Assembly (NCBI RefSeq): GCF_036321535.1
Contig: NC_087437.1
Location: 36,830,001-36,894,000 of the forward strand
Length of the DNA: 64,000 nucleotides
Direction of reading: 5' to 3'
Origin: Camelus dromedarius
Lineage: Eukaryota
Shown: positions 27,000-42,100 of the stretch, piece by piece
Layout of the letters: every line of letters begins with the position of its first letter
How positions within the stretch are numbered: position 1 is the stretch's first letter
Notes under the pieces: generated by a model
Databases searched by the model: none
What the model saw: the letters and a program-made list of their open reading frames with translations, nothing else
Told to the model about the DNA's origin: nothing
Position numbers and translations under genes: made by a program

Positions 27000-29000
27000 G
27001 TTTTTCTATAATAGCTTATAAAATAACCTGTGGTTATATCATTGTGCCATTTATTGTTTTGTTTGCTTGTTTTAAAATTTTTTTCATAATTTATGTAGTC
27101 TTTTGTGGCTTGAATTTTTACCTTGGACATTTTGATTTGATGATATACTACCATAAATCTATTTGTCTACCCAATTTTACTTATATATAGTATTTATTAA
27201 TTTACTACTTAATTAACTTTTTCTTCATATTTGATGTTATAAGCATTATTATGCATGTCTCCTGAAGCAAGTGTGCATAGTTTCCCCAGATGATATAAAT
27301 AGAAATGGAATTGCTGGAGGTATGCTTTCAGTAACTACAATTTTTAAAGTTGTTATGTCATTTTAATACCCCACTAGAAGTGTATAAAAGTTGACCCACA
27401 ACTTCACCAATATATACTGTTATCAGACTCAAATTTGACCAATCTAGTGGATATATAATGTTATCTAGTTGTGATTTAAATTTGCATTTCTATAATTACC
27501 AATGTAGTTGAACACTTTTTCATGTGACTATTTATTCTAGTCCTCTTTGTAAAATGTCTGTTCATATTATTTACCTGTTTTTCTGTTTGTCTTTTATTTA
27601 TTTACTGATACGTTAGAATCTTATAATAAGTTCTGTATACTGCACTAATGTTAGCTGTATATGCTGCAGATAACTTCTTTCAGCATGTGGGTTATCTTTT
27701 CATTCTCTTTAATGTATGTTTTAATTAAAATTGGTTTTTCATTTCAGTTAGTTTGAATAATTCAGACTTCATTTATGATTAGGGATTTCATAGTCTTTAA
27801 AAAACTCCCTTCCCTATACACTTGTTTTAAAGATGTGTTATATATTTTTTTAATTTGCCTTTTACTTATAATTGCTTAATCAATTGAAAGTTGATTTTTC
27901 TGTACAGTGTGAGGTAGATCTACAGTTTTACTTTTCCCTTTGGGTAATCAGTTGTCTCAGAGAATGTATTGATTAGTCTCTCTTTTCCCAGTGATCTGCA
28001 TTGCCATATTAATCATAAACAAATCTTCTGGGTTTTGTTTCTGTGTTATTAGTTCCATTGGTTAATTGTCTACCCTTGGGTTAACACCACATGGTCTTAA
28101 TTACTTTTAGTCTATGATATTAATAACAAGTACAAATGGTCTGTCTCCATCTCCAGCAAAGTATTGTTTTTCCCAGAACTACTCATTTAGTCTTGGCTCT
28201 TTTCACTTTTCATACACATTTAAAGATTCATTGTTAATATTCTTTTTTTAAAAATCTGTTGAATTTGAGTGGTTTTTAATCATAATGAATCAATGTATAA
28301 TTCATGTGAAATAAAAATCCATAAATAATGTATGTCACTTATTAAGCCCTTTTTTTACTGATTTTAATCATACTTTAATTTTTCTAATAAGGATGTATAC
28401 AATTTTTATATATTAAAAACTTTATCTTAACTTTTGATATTTATAAGATTTTTTATAAATATTGTCATTTTAAATTAAAAATTTTACTGTTTTGAGTAGT
28501 AATTACAATTTCATTTGTATATTAATCTTTAGATTATTTAGCTTGCTTATACAATGATATAATCAGAGAATACTGGCCTTTCTGATTCTTCCTTTCTAGT
28601 CCTTGTAGAGTTTATTCTTGTATAGAATTGGCTAGTTCCCTCTGTACAATCGCAAATACAAATCTTGCTCCTAATTTCAAAGGGAATACTTCTACTAGTC
28701 CACCTTTATTATATATATATATATTTTTTTTTAATTGAAGTACACTGTTTACAATGTTGTGTCAATTTCTTGTGTACACAATAACACCAGTCATAAAAAT
28801 GATATTTGTTATGGATTTGTTGTAAAGTTACCCTTTATCACATTGATAAGTTTTATTTCTCATTTCCCAAATATTTTCTGGGATAAATTTTAGCAAGTAA
28901 CTTTTCTCCATAATTTGGAAGTGATTGCATTTCTTTTCATTTATCTGTTGAAGAACCAAATGAAACTTATAAAATATTTTTATGTTAAGCCATTCTCCCA
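27000..29000 (-). mobile_element. Old L1ME-type fossil
   Basis: T-rich antisense L1 text: gttgtgatttaaatttgcatttctataattaccaatgtagttgaacactttttcatgtg, gtacagtgtgaggtagatc. Confidence 0.65.
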
Positions 29001-29171
29001 TTACTGGAATAAACCCAGATTGATTAGGTCCCTATATAGCTGTATTAATCAACTAAGAGTAATTGATATCTATATACTATTTCATCTAAAAATAGCAGAA
29101 TACATATTCTCTCCAGTTCACATGAACTATTCACTGGGATAGGCTACATTCTTCTGTTGCAGTCTTTTTAA

Positions 29172-29830
29172 AAAAATTGAAGTGTAGTTGATTTATAGTA
29201 TTGTGTTAGTTTCAGGTGTATAGCATAGTGATTCAGTTTTTTTTCTGATTATATTCCAGGTTATTACAAGATTTTGAGTATAATTCCCTATGCTATACCA
29301 TAAATCATTGTTGCTTAATATTTTATGTATAGTAATTTGTATCTGTTAATCCCACATTCCTAATTTGTTCCTCCCCACTTCCCTCTATGCTTTGATAACC
29401 GTAAGTTTGTTTTCTGTATCTGTGAGTCTGTTTCTGTTTTGCATATAGATTCAATTTGTATTATTCTTTAGATTCCACATGTAAATAATATCATATAGTA
29501 TTTTACTTTCTCTGATTTAGTTTCCTAAGTATAATATTCTCTAGATACATCCATGTTTCTGCAAATGGTAATATTTCATTCTTTTTATGGATTAATAATA
29601 TTCCATTGTGTGTGTGTGTATATATATATATATTTCATTTTGTGTATATATATATATACACCACTTCTTCTTGAGCCAATTGTCTGTTGATGGGTTCTTG
29701 GATTGTTTCTATATCTTTGCTGTTGTAGGTAGTGCTGCATTGGGTGCATGTGTTTTTTGATTAAAGTTTTCACTTTTCTGGATATATACCTGGGAGTGGG
29801 GTTACTGGATCATATGGTAGCTCTGTTTTT
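29172..29830 (-). mobile_element. 5'-truncated L1 3' end (same lineage as the young L1s)
   Basis: aattgaagtgtagttgatttatagtattgtgttagtttcaggtgtatagcatagtgattcag...ttagattccacatgtaa. Confidence 0.88.
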
Positions 29831-30815
29831 AAAATTTGCTGAAGACCTTAACAGACACCTCATCAAAGATGCAAATAATCATATGCAAAGATGCTCCATA
29901 TTATGTATCATTGGGGAAATGCAAATTAAAACTACAATGAAATACCACTACATACCTATTTGAATGGCCAAATCTAGAACACTGACAAAGCCAAATGCTG
30001 ACAGGGATGTGGAACTACAGGAACTCTCATACATTGCTGATGGAATGAAAATGGTACAGCCACTTTGGAAGATAGTTTCGTAGTTTCTTAAAAAGTAAAC
30101 ATGCTTTTATTATATGATCCAGCAATTACACTCCTTGGTGTTAGCACAGAGGAGATGGAAATTTATATCCACATGGAAACTTGAATATGGATATTTATAG
30201 CAACTTTATTTGCTATAAATTGCCAAAATGTAGAAGTAACCAATATGTACTTCAGTAGGTGAATAAATACACAATGACACATTCAGATAATGGAATATTA
30301 TTCAACACTGAAAAGAAAATGAGCTAACGAACCAATCATGAAAAGAATGGAGGAAACTTAAATACATATTGCTAAGTGAAAGGAGCCAATCTGAAAAGGC
30401 TACATATTGTATGATTCCAACCATATGACATTCTGAAAACAGCAAAATATAAGTGACAGTAAAAATTTCATAGTTGCCAGGCATAGAAAAGGGATGGCGT
30501 GAGTAGGTGAAACACTGAGGTTCTTAAGGACAATTAAAATACTCTATATGGTGCTATAATGATGGATACATGTCATTACGCATTTGTCCAAACCCATAGA
30601 ATGTACTACACCAAGAGTGAACCCTAAGTTAAACTATGGACTTTGTGTGATTTTGATGTATCAATGTAGGCTCAACAAATGTACCATTCTGGGGGTGAAT
30701 GATGTTGATAATTGGGGAGGCTATGCATGTGTAGGGGCAGGGTATGTATGGGAAATCTGTATCTCCCTCTGAGTTTTGTTGTGAATCTAATATTACTCTG
30801 CAGAAAGTCTTTACA
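29831..30815 (+). mobile_element. L1MC1-type 3' fragment
   Basis: gaaatgcaaattaaaactacaatgaaataccactac, tgatccagcaattacactcctt, gtccaaacccatagaatgtactacaccaagagtgaaccctaa. Confidence 0.85.
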
Positions 30816-32829
30816 CACGCACACACACACGTAACTTAGAGTTCTAGTTATGAGCCCTTTCCCATTAATATACCAGAAAATATGCTTCAGATAACTCATT
30901 AATGGCTGAGAAAACTTCAGCAAAATATGAGATGTGAGCATGAATATACAAAAATGAAACTGGATAAATATGTAAGAGAGTAATGTGGAAATAGCATATA
31001 TTTTTACAAGGTACAGATAGGTAAATGTGAATTATCTTAATGCACTTATTAAGGATTCTTAGTTTTCAGTGTTTTTATTTTGTAAAATTTCAGACACATA
31101 AATTTTCATGAAAAATAAAATGAACATTCCATACAAGCTTCACCCATATCTAGGAATTTTGGCCAATGGGAAACACTGAAGGCTAGTTTCTGTGTATTGT
31201 AGCTATCTCCCCATCTTTTATATCACTAAACTTACTGGCGCAAGTAAATTTTCCATGTTCCCCATATACCACCCCATACCAGTCCGGAATCTGCCACTAT
31301 TAATGCTAGATTTTTTTATTGCTATTAGGATATGGATTATATCATCTGAGTCATTGTATGTTAATAATGATATTTCTTATTCTAATCCAAAAATAAAAGC
31401 TTTTAGGGTCTATTTTCCATTTTATATTTCTATCTCATTTTTCCTGTAGTGAAACATCTGATTGTACCAGATAGCAATGTATTACTCATATGTTCAATTC
31501 TGTAATAAGTAGGAAGTAGTTTCAAAATTGCTTTACTACTACTACCAAAACAAACTTACTAACTAAAGTGCAAAATATCTTTGCATCACTTTTTCTTTTC
31601 CCCTCAAGATATATTCTGCTAGGGCTATATAGTTAAAATACTACGTTAGAAAGTTACTTAATTACCTTAATTGCTTCTTTTTTAAAACTCTGTGGTTATA
31701 TTAAAATTTTATGTGAAATTATATTCAAATGTTTTTATTTTTATATTCAATATGAGGTTTTCTCTTTTTCCCCCATCCTTGTTGATTAACATTTTATGTA
31801 AACTATGTTATGATTCCTAAAGTCAAAACTGTATTAGAAGGTATACTTTAAGCAGTATCTCTTTTCTTATCTCCTAAGCTAGCCCCATAAACCCTGGTAG
31901 GTAAATATTTTCATTCATTTCTGATTATTCTTATTATACAAATATAAGTAAATGCATACATTTTTTAAAACTTCCACACTCCCTTTTTGTTTATTTATTT
32001 TTTTATTTATTTTTACACAAATGAGGGCTTACTGTAAACAACCTTTTCCATTAGCTTCTTCACTTAACAATGTGTACTGGAAATCACTCTCTGGTTTATT
32101 CTTATTTAAAAAAAAATTTCGAGTTTGTATCTTTTTCTCCCCAATAATGCATATGTATTATCTCCTCAATAATGCATATGAATGTCCTTTACCTACAGTC
32201 TAGCGAAAGTATATCTTGTCAAACTTTTGAATTTTTCCCAACTGGTGAGAAATAAAATCTCTGTGTTAGTATTTTATTTCACATTTAACTTATGGTTGAA
32301 TCTGATCATCTTTATTTATGTTTTAGACTCATTTTGTGACAGGTTTTTCTTTTTGCCAAATTTTTAAGACTTTAAGCATATTAACCCTTTGTCTGTGATC
32401 TGTTATAAATAGTGTATTCCACTTTATAATCTGCCTTTTGATTCTTCATGTTTCTTGTCAAATTTATTATTGTAAAAAATTGTTATTTTAGTTTAGTCAT
32501 GATTATCACTATTTTCCTTTAATGCATCGAAAATTTGAATCATATTCAGAAAGTCATTACCTGAAGTTTTTTACTAGCAATTGTATAATTTTATTTTTTA
32601 TATTTAGATTTCTAATATATTTAAATCTTTTTGATGTATAGTGTGAAATATAGATTTAGTTTTAATTTTTCCCAATTGGCTCTATCATTTTTCTAAAACC
32701 ATTTCTTAGAGTCAATTTTTCTTGAATGATTTGAGCTGCCACTTTATCAAATGCTAAATATTCCTTTATATTGGAATGCACATGTGAATTTTCTATTTTA
32801 TGCAATGATTTGTCTGTTACTTCAAAATT

Positions 32830-33560
32830 CATCATTATTTCTCCTTATTGTTTGCAGGCCAATGATCAGGTCTCAATACAGTTTGTGCTCTCTACTCTGG
32901 AAGGAAAATTGTACATATTGAAAGGATTGCAAAGCTTGGCTAATATAGTTTAGTAGGAACAAGTGGATATACTTGGAGTTGAACATGAGGAGTTTTTTTG
33001 TTTTGTTGACCAGTGGTAGAAGGCTGAATAGGAGATACATTATGGTAGGAACTTTTGGAATCAATATTAATCTATTGTTGAAATTGTTCCTTGAAGCTTA
33101 TAAACATAGAAAGTCAACAGTAGATGAGGTAAAGATTCTGGTACTACTCTTGAACAGTATATGGGAAGGGATCAGAAGGCCTAGGAGGAAAGACTGAAGT
33201 GTTATGATTTTATCTTGTGAGGCTCGAGAATCCACACGGACCAATTCCCCAGGAGATCACAGAGTATATTTTTCTAAACCAATCAGTGGGACTCAGTCCA
33301 GTCTCTGAAAATCTCAGTCATGACTGTCCTCTGAAGGTGGAAGTTAACAGGGAATACTGCCTTTGGAAAACCCTTCCTAGAATTTTAGAATGGCCAAGTA
33401 GCATCACTTAATCTACAGAAACAGTGTGAAAGTAATTATAGTAACATGAGTCAGACTATAATTGCCATCAGGGGGACTTTGATTCATAAAGATGAGCAGT
33501 GATGTTTGCTATATTCCTAGGTAGCCATCTGACTTCTAGGTAATCAAATACAAAAGCAAT
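32830..33560 (+). mobile_element. Probable ERVL/MaLR internal-region fossil
   Basis: ggattgcaaagcttggctaatatagtttagtaggaac...gaaggctgaataggaga resembles MaLR/ERVL internal sequence; no intact ORF. Confidence 0.4.
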
Positions 33561-36310
33561 AACTTGTCACATTGTTATTTGCCTAAGTACCTACTCACTC
33601 ACATTCCAGGTGTAGTGCACCATGTAATTTTATGTTTATTCAAAGCTCATGATAGAATTGGTATGATTTATCTATAGTCAAATTATAGGCATTTAGGGAA
33701 TGGAAGCACACATTTTTGGAATGGATGCTCTGGATGAGTGAATGTTTTCTTGCGATCATTCACTGATTCAGTCAGAGGTTATTGATCAAGCAGAAGACTG
33801 GATTCTGGTATTGTGAAACACACACGCATACACAAACAGAATCTTTTCCATATGATCTTATTCTGAGACACACACATATGTAATTGTAACATATTAAAGC
33901 TTAAAAATCATAAAGCCAGTGTGTTTCAAGTGAATGAAAGCATAAAAGAAACATCTAAATTTGCCATGGAAATTTTGGAAATTTTTTTAGAAAAAAGAAC
34001 TATTTGGCATAGTATTTGAAGAATGAGGAAACTTTCAAGATTAACACATGAGGAATGTCTGTGAAGAGAGTAAGACGTTAAAAATATAAGTATTTGGGAA
34101 TTTCAGTCTGTAAAGTTCAAAGTACATGAAAACCATGTGCCTTATTTTATTTGCATGGTATTCTATGCTGATGTATCCCAATATTGAAGTAGAAACTTTG
34201 GGAATAAGCATCAAATAATTGTACTTCAAAGTGCAAGCTAAAAGAAATTTATTAACAGCCAGATTTAGAGCCAGAAATCTAAGCAACATTACTAACTGGT
34301 ATAAAAGAGATTAAAGAAATAGCAAGATAATGAGTGTCTCTGAATGACCTTAACAGTATAGACTGGTGCTAAGTTTAGTGAAGAGGATGAGAATTCACTT
34401 TGGGTTTTCTAGTTAATTTTCAGTAGCAGTTGTCTTTGAAGTTCCATTAAAGGCTAATGTCCCAGTAGCCCTATACTTTGAATTTCTTACTACCTGTTCA
34501 CAACCACTGAGAACAATTTATCGTTTATAATGTACACACACACACTTACTCTTAGTCACATACAAGAAAACTGGTTTAATAGGAGCCCATGTGGAGAATT
34601 GGAATAGACACCCAGGCTTCAGGCTTAATCATGATGCTTGAAGTAAAGTCTTAAGAGGAAACTACTGATTTTAAAAGATTAGAAGCTAAACCAACAAAAT
34701 AGTTTCTTAAAATTGATGTGATTAAACTCCAGGTGGCTCTGGACTTCAGTGTATACAGTACAAGTCCCTTCAGTTGACACAGATGAAGTAAAATGATTGT
34801 CAGCAGTTGTGCTGAAACCTAACAGTAAACCAGTTGATTTTATATTTTGTGTTTGCTGAGGGGCAACTGCTAAAATGGAGACATTAAATTAACAAATAAT
34901 GTAACATCAGGACCAGGGTCCCATTTTAGGACACATTTAAATCTTTACAGCATTTCTCTCTTGTAATTGCTCTGATTTTTGAGCTCCATTTTACTTAATG
35001 ACATTCAGTGAACTGAATTGCTTCAGTGAAATGAAAAAGCAGCAAGGAAATTCTGTGAAAGGTTTGATTTCAACCCCTCTTTTAGCCTAGTTTCTCAATA
35101 ACTGTATACATTGATTATATAATCTTTGACTCATGGTTTATCCACTATCAAAATGGAAAACCATTCAGGGGTGATATGGTTGCCTACCTTGTATGTGTAG
35201 TATTTATCACTAGGACATTAAAAATAAATTACAATATTTGAATTCAAAATTTCTCTACTGCTATCCCTAGATTTATTGCTTTTAAATCCTGCAAGCTGAA
35301 AAATTTCATACATGAATGAATGCATATGTTTTTCTTAGTGATTATAATTCATATATTACTTCTTCTGGTCATTTGGTTAAAGTATTAAGTGCTGATGACA
35401 TTTCTACACTGATCTGTCCATTCACAGTTAATTTTATATTTTAAAAATGATGTTCTACAGAAAGATGTAAAAAAGGAGGTTAGCAGAAATTAAGGTTTTA
35501 TAAATACTCCTTTCTCTTGCTTGCTTTAGAGCTGTAACGCATGCTGAGATTTTACGTACAGGATGAGATTTTTTATATTTAAACAGATGATAAAAGGCAA
35601 ACCAACAACTGCACCAGTAAGTTGCTAAGCCACCAGAAAAAAGCAAACTGTTCTAAGCATAAGAACCAGTCAAGCTGTGAGCTGTGAATCCATAAGCTGT
35701 GTATAAAATGAGGTTATTGAATCATGATCTCATTCTGAAAAGAATCATTTGAATACACATGTACATCAAGATGACTTGTTTAAAGCCCAAGAGTGGGTGA
35801 AAGTTACACATCACAGTACAACGATATGCATATGTATAAAGGAAAAATGAATTTTTTCATTAGATAAATATTCTTCCATGTGCAATCACTTCTTACTTTT
35901 ATTTTTGCATATCCAAAACATCACCTTTTTAATTATAACAATTAAAATCTATAAAATACTAACACATTTTTTAACCTGGCTCATTTCAGAAATTGTTTAG
36001 AAATACAGCATGATAATATATTATAATGAGAGAATCTATACAAAACAATGGCAGTAGTATACTTTTGGTTGCCTCTTGTGGTGAGAAAGCTGAACCTTGT
36101 TTAAGAAGGTAACCTCTTGAGTTAGTTTACATGTTGCTCTGTGGCCATGATATAACTCTAACTACACAAAACTAAATAAACTAAAGATTACACGTGATTA
36201 TTTATTTATCAGTTTATTTATTTATTTTTAAACTATACATACATATGTAAGTGACTCTATATAGCTGGAATTTTGAAGAAGGTAAAACTTCCTGTCCTTA
36301 TAAAATGCTA

Positions 36311-36527
36311 CTTACTTACAAAACAGAGAAAGGCTCACAGATACAGAAAACAAATTTATGGTTACCAGGGGAAAAATGAGGTGGGGAGGGATAAGTTGGG
36401 AGTTTGGGATTTGCAGATACTAACTACTATATATAAAATAGATAAACAATAAGGTTTTGCAATATAGCACAGGGAGGTATATTCAATACCTTATAATAGC
36501 CTATAATGAAAAAGAATATGAAAAGGA

Positions 36528-36576
<49 letters not shown>

Positions 36577-36648
36577 TATATAAATGAATCATTATGCTGT
36601 ATACCAGAAATTAACACACTATAAATCAACTGTTCTTCAATTTAAAAA
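36311..36648 (+). mobile_element. Short L1 3'-end insertion with expanded (TA)19 at 36529-36566
   Basis: aaacagagaaaggctcacagatacagaaaacaaatttatggttaccagggg...gatttgcagatactaactactatatataaaatagataaac; possible TSD aaaatgcta/aaaatacta. Confidence 0.9.
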
Positions 36649-39170
36649 TACTATATATCTCTTAGAAAATTTGATATAATATATTCCAAATCCCTCATTT
36701 GATAGATAAGAAGACGGAACACTGGAAGTATGAAATTACTTACCCACAAACACATATGAAGAGAACCGATTATAGCTCATGTCTATGAACTCTAAAACTA
36801 ATATTTTCCCCTGGTACAACACAATAAATCCTAATGGAAGGCAATAATTCAAGTGAGGGACCACATTTCTATGATTGTTTCCAAAGTTACACCCTGATAA
36901 GAGAAAGCAGTGATAATTTCCTATTCACTAGGAACTGAAGTGTTGGAAAAGTAGAATATTTTCTGGTTTTTCACATACATTACTGAGTAGTTTATGGACT
37001 GCAGATGTTGTCCATTAACTGCTTTAATGTCTGCTTGGTTTTCCAAAAATTACAGAGTAGAGTGAGAATACATGAGTCAAAGAAGAAGAAACAATGCCTT
37101 ACTGTAAATTACTAATAAACCACCCTCATACCTTTACTATTTTGAGATGTGGAAAGCATACATTTCAACTACATGAACTTTTTTTTAACGTATGCCTGTG
37201 GCTTCCTAGAGACATAATTAATTGAAAACAGCTAAAGAAAGAAAAGAGCATTGAGCAGTAAGAGACATGATATTTAGATAAATGAAGTACATCAAATCTA
37301 TAATGACAAAATGAAGAAAGATTTTCCAAGTGAATGTTGTTGACTAAGAATCTTTCACCCACATTTTCCAAACTCTGTGATGCATAAAACTGATTTTGCT
37401 CTAGGTCTGTCACAGTCTTACTTTGTCTATTTCTTAGCAAAACAACAAATGAAATTATGTTTGTCCTCTCTCTGCTTACAATAAAAACTGTTCAAATTAA
37501 CAAAATTGAGAGTGAGAAGAGTTGTATAATACCTGTTCTTTCCTGCACATAATTCTTATATCTCTATATTTTAAATAAGGCAAAACAGTGAGACCAAACC
37601 CATCACAAGGAATATCTGCCTCAACTTAATTCTTGCAAAGCCAAGTAATACTCTTTACTATCAGTGCCTGTACGCAGTATTTCATGAGTTGAGACACACC
37701 TCATTGGCAGCGAGGAAATGATTCAATTTAAGATTTGTAATTGTGTATTCATAAGCTTACTCTTTTTTTCATGATTATCACTTCTAATATACTCAGACAT
37801 GACTAGTATAGACCAGAACCCTGGGACTTTTCAAATAACTTGGACAGAACACCTTTTCAGGACAAACCATCATTGCAAAAATGGAGCTTAGCTTTAAAGG
37901 ACAGTACCACCACCAACAACCCCTAGATATGTTCATAAAATTAAGTTTGAACACATATTTTTCACATTCCTTAATTCCACAGTCCTTGCCAGCATAAATT
38001 AAAATGTCAACTGTCTCAATAATTTTTATACTAAAATTTTGTGAAAGAAAGCAAAGTGTTAAAATCATAAAATCCCAGACTTTCAAGTTGGCATTTAAAT
38101 TCATAGTGTTTGGGGTAGAGGGAATTGAAAAATATTGAAATCCTACCTAATTAACTTGAAGAATATTCTTCTGATAATATGTCAAATGATTTTATAAATT
38201 TATTTTTATAAAGAAAACATGTTAAGTAATATACTACTGTAGCCTTTCCACATTATGCTGAGAAGTAAAATTTAGGTTGCAGGAAAAGGAAAGGCAAAAT
38301 GTTTTTTTTTCCCCAGATTCTTCTAAGTTTTCTTTTCAAGGTCTCAACATTATTTGAGAAAAAATTGATAGAATATAAGTTAAAACAGAAAATAATTTGA
38401 CATAAGAAAATGTTCATGCATAAGGCAATATAAGTTATAAATCATAAGTTAAATCATTTAGATGCCAGCAAAAGTTACAATTGGAGTATCAGGTTTGCCA
38501 TAATTAGCCAATGTCTCCTCGCAGATGAAATAATTTCAGAGCTATTTATTTGTATCTTTTTGTATTTATTATTTATTTATTTGCTGCAGAAAATGAATAA
38601 AGTTAGTATTCAAAATCTATGCTGTAATTTCTGGGCAATCTGTACAATCTCTCAATCTCTTCCAAATCTATTCTGCTCCCTTCTGGTTCACATTATCTGG
38701 AATTTATTTTTAATTCTTTCTACTTTGTGCTTCTTGTCATCTACCAACATCATCATCACTTTTTCTTATCAAGTATTTTGCTGCCTTTTTTCTTGTTTCT
38801 ACATGATAATTTCATCCAGAATTTTTTTTCCCTTCCAGCAGCCTTTTTTTTTTAAATTTTTTATTGATTTATAATCATTTTACAATGTTGTGTCAAATTC
38901 CAGTGTTCAGCACAATTTTTCAGTCGTTCATGGACATATACACACTCATTGTCACATTTTTTTCTCTGTGAGTTATCATAACATTTTGTGTATATTTCCC
39001 TGTGCTATACAGTGTAGTCTATTCTACAATTCTGAAATCCCAGTCTATCCCTTCCCACCCTCCACCCCCCTGGTAACCACAAGTCTGTATTCTCTGTCTG
39101 TGAGTCTATTTCTGTCCTGTATTTACGCTTTGTTTTTGTTTGTTTGTTTGTTTGTTTTTGTTTTTGTTTT

Positions 39171-42100
39171 TTAGATTCCACATATGAGCGATCTCATATG
39201 GTATTTTTCTTTCTCTTTCTGGCTTACTTCACTTAGAATGACATTCTCCAGAAGCATCCATGTTGCTGCAAATGGCATTATGTTGTCGGTTTTTATGGCT
39301 GAGTAGTATTCCATTGTATAAATATACCACCTCTTCTTTATCCAGTCACCTGTTGATGGACATTTAGGCTGTTTCCATGTTTTGGCTATTGTAAATAGTG
39401 CTGCTATGAACATTGGGGTGCAGGTGTCATCCTGAAGTAGATTTCCTTCTGGATACAAGCCCAGGAGTGGGATTCCTGGGTCATATAGTAAGTCTATTCC
39501 TAGTCTTTTGAGGAATCTCCACACTGTTTTCCATAGTGGCTGCACCAAACTGCATTCCCACCAGCAGTGTAGGAGGGTTCCCCTTTCTCCACAGCCTCTC
39601 CAGCATTTGTCATTTGTGGATTTTTGAATGACAGCCATTCTGACTGGTGTGAGGTGATACCTCATTGTAGTTTTGATTTGCATTTCTCTGATAATTAGTG
39701 ATATGGAGCATTTTTTCATGTGCTTTTTGATCATTTGTATGTCTTCCTTGGAGAATTGCTTGTTTAGGTTTTCTGCCCATTTTTGGATTGGGTTGTTTAT
39801 TTTTTTCTTATTGAGTCGTATGAGCTGCTTATATATTCTGGAGATCAAGCCTTTGTCGGTTTCACTTGCAAAAATTTTCTCCCATTCCGTAGGTTTTCTT
39901 CTTGTTTTACTTCTGGTTTCCTTTGCTGTGCAGAAGATTGTAAGTTTCATTAGGTCCCATTTGTTGATTCTTGCTTTTATTTCTTCTAGGAGAAAATTTT
40001 TGAAGTGTATGTCAGATAATGTTTTGCCTATGTTTTCCTCTACGAGGTTTATTGTATCTTGTCTTATGTTTAAGTCTTTAATCCATTTTGAGTTGATTTT
40101 TGTATATGGTGTAAGGGAGTGTTCTAGCTTCATTGTTTTACATGCTGCTGTCCAGTTTTCCCAACACCATTGGCTGAAGAGACTGTCTTTATTCCAATGT
40201 ATATTCTTGCCTCCTTTGTCGAAGATGAGTTGACCAAAAGTTTGTGGGTTCATTTCTGGGCTCTCTATTCTGTTCCATTGGTCTATATGTCTGTTTTGGT
40301 ACCAATACCATGCTGTCTTGATGACTGTAGCTCTGTAGTATTGTCTGAAGTCTGGGAGAGTTATTCCTCCAGCCTCTTTCTTTCTCTTCAGTAATGCTTT
40401 GGCAATTCTAGGTCTTTGATGGTTCCATATGAATTTTATTATGATTTTTTCTAGTTCTGTGAAATATGTCCTGGGTAATTGGATAGGGATTGCATTAAAT
40501 CTGTAGATTGCCTTGGGCAGTGTGACCATTTTAACAATATTGATTCTTCCAATCCAAGAGCATGGAATATCTTTCCATTTTTTAAAGTCTTCTTTAATTT
40601 CCTTCATCAATGGTTTATAGTTTTCTGTGTATAATTCTTTCACCTCCTTGGTTAGATTTATTCCCAGATATTTTATTACTTTGGGTGCTATTTTAAAGGG
40701 GATTGTTTCTTTACTTTCTTCTTCTGTTGATTTATCGTTAGTGTAAAGAAATGCAACTGATTTTTGAACGTTAATTTTGTAACCTGCTACCTTGCTGAAT
40801 TCTTCAATCAGCTCTAGTAGCTTTTGTGTGGACCTTTTAGGGTTTTCTATATATAGTAACATGTCATCAGCATATAATGACACTTTTACCTCTTCTTTTC
40901 CAATTTGGATCCCTTTTATTTCTTTCTCTTGCCTGACTGCTGTGGCTAGGACTTCCAGGACTATGTTGAATAGGAGTGGTGATAGTGGGCATCCTTGTCT
41001 TGTCCCAGATTTTAGTGGGAAGCTTTTGAGTTTTTCACAATTGAGTACTATGCTGGCTGTAGGTTTGTCATATATAGCTTTTATTATGTTGAGATATGTT
41101 CCCTCTATACCCACTTTGGCGAGAGTTCTTATCATAAATGGGTGTTGAATTTTATCAAATGCTTTTTCTGCATCGATTGAGATGATCATGTGGTTTTTGT
41201 CCTTTCTCCTGTTGATGTGATGTATTACACTGATTGATTTGCGTATGTTGAACCAGCCTCGTGTCCCTGAGATGAACCCCACTTGGTCATGATGTATAAT
41301 CTTTTTTATGTGTTGTTGGATTCTATTTGCTAAAATTTTGGTGAGGATTTTGGCGTCTATGTTCATCAGTGATATTGGCCTATAATTCTCTTTTTTTGTA
41401 GTGTCTTTGCCTGGTTTTGGTATCAGGGTGATGGTGGCTTCATAGAATGAGTTTGGGAGTATTCCCTCCTTTTCAATCGTCTGGAAGAGTTTGAGAAGGA
41501 CTGGTATGAGTTCTTCTTTGTATGTTTGGTAGAATTCCCCGGTGAAGCCGTCCGGTCCTGGACTTTTATTTGTAGGGAGGTTTTTAATTGCTATTTCTAT
41601 TTCCTTTCTAGTGATCGGATTGTTCAAGTGTTCAGATTCTTCTTGATTCAGTTTTGGTGGACAGTATGTTTCCAGAAACTTGTCCATCTCCTCTAGGTTA
41701 TCCAGTTTGGTTCCATATAGTGTTTCATAATATTCTCGTATGATATTCTGTATTTCTATTTTGTTTGTTGTAATTTCTCCATTTTCCTTTCTTATTTTGC
41801 TAATTTGTGCTCTCTCTTTTTTCTTCTTTGTGAGTTTGGCCAGAGGTTTGTCGATTTTATTTACTTTTTCAAAAAACCAGCTTTTGGTTTGGTTGATTTT
41901 TTCTATGGTCTTGTTAATCTCTATCGTATTTAATTCCTCTCTGATCTTTATTATTTCCTTCCTTCTGCTGCTTTTTGGGGCTTTTTGTTCTTCTTTTTCT
42001 AATTCATTCAGGTGGTGGGTTAAATTGTTTATTTGAGATTGTTCTTCTTTTTTGAGGAAGGCCTGTATCGCTATAAACTTCCCTCTTAGCACTGCCTTTG

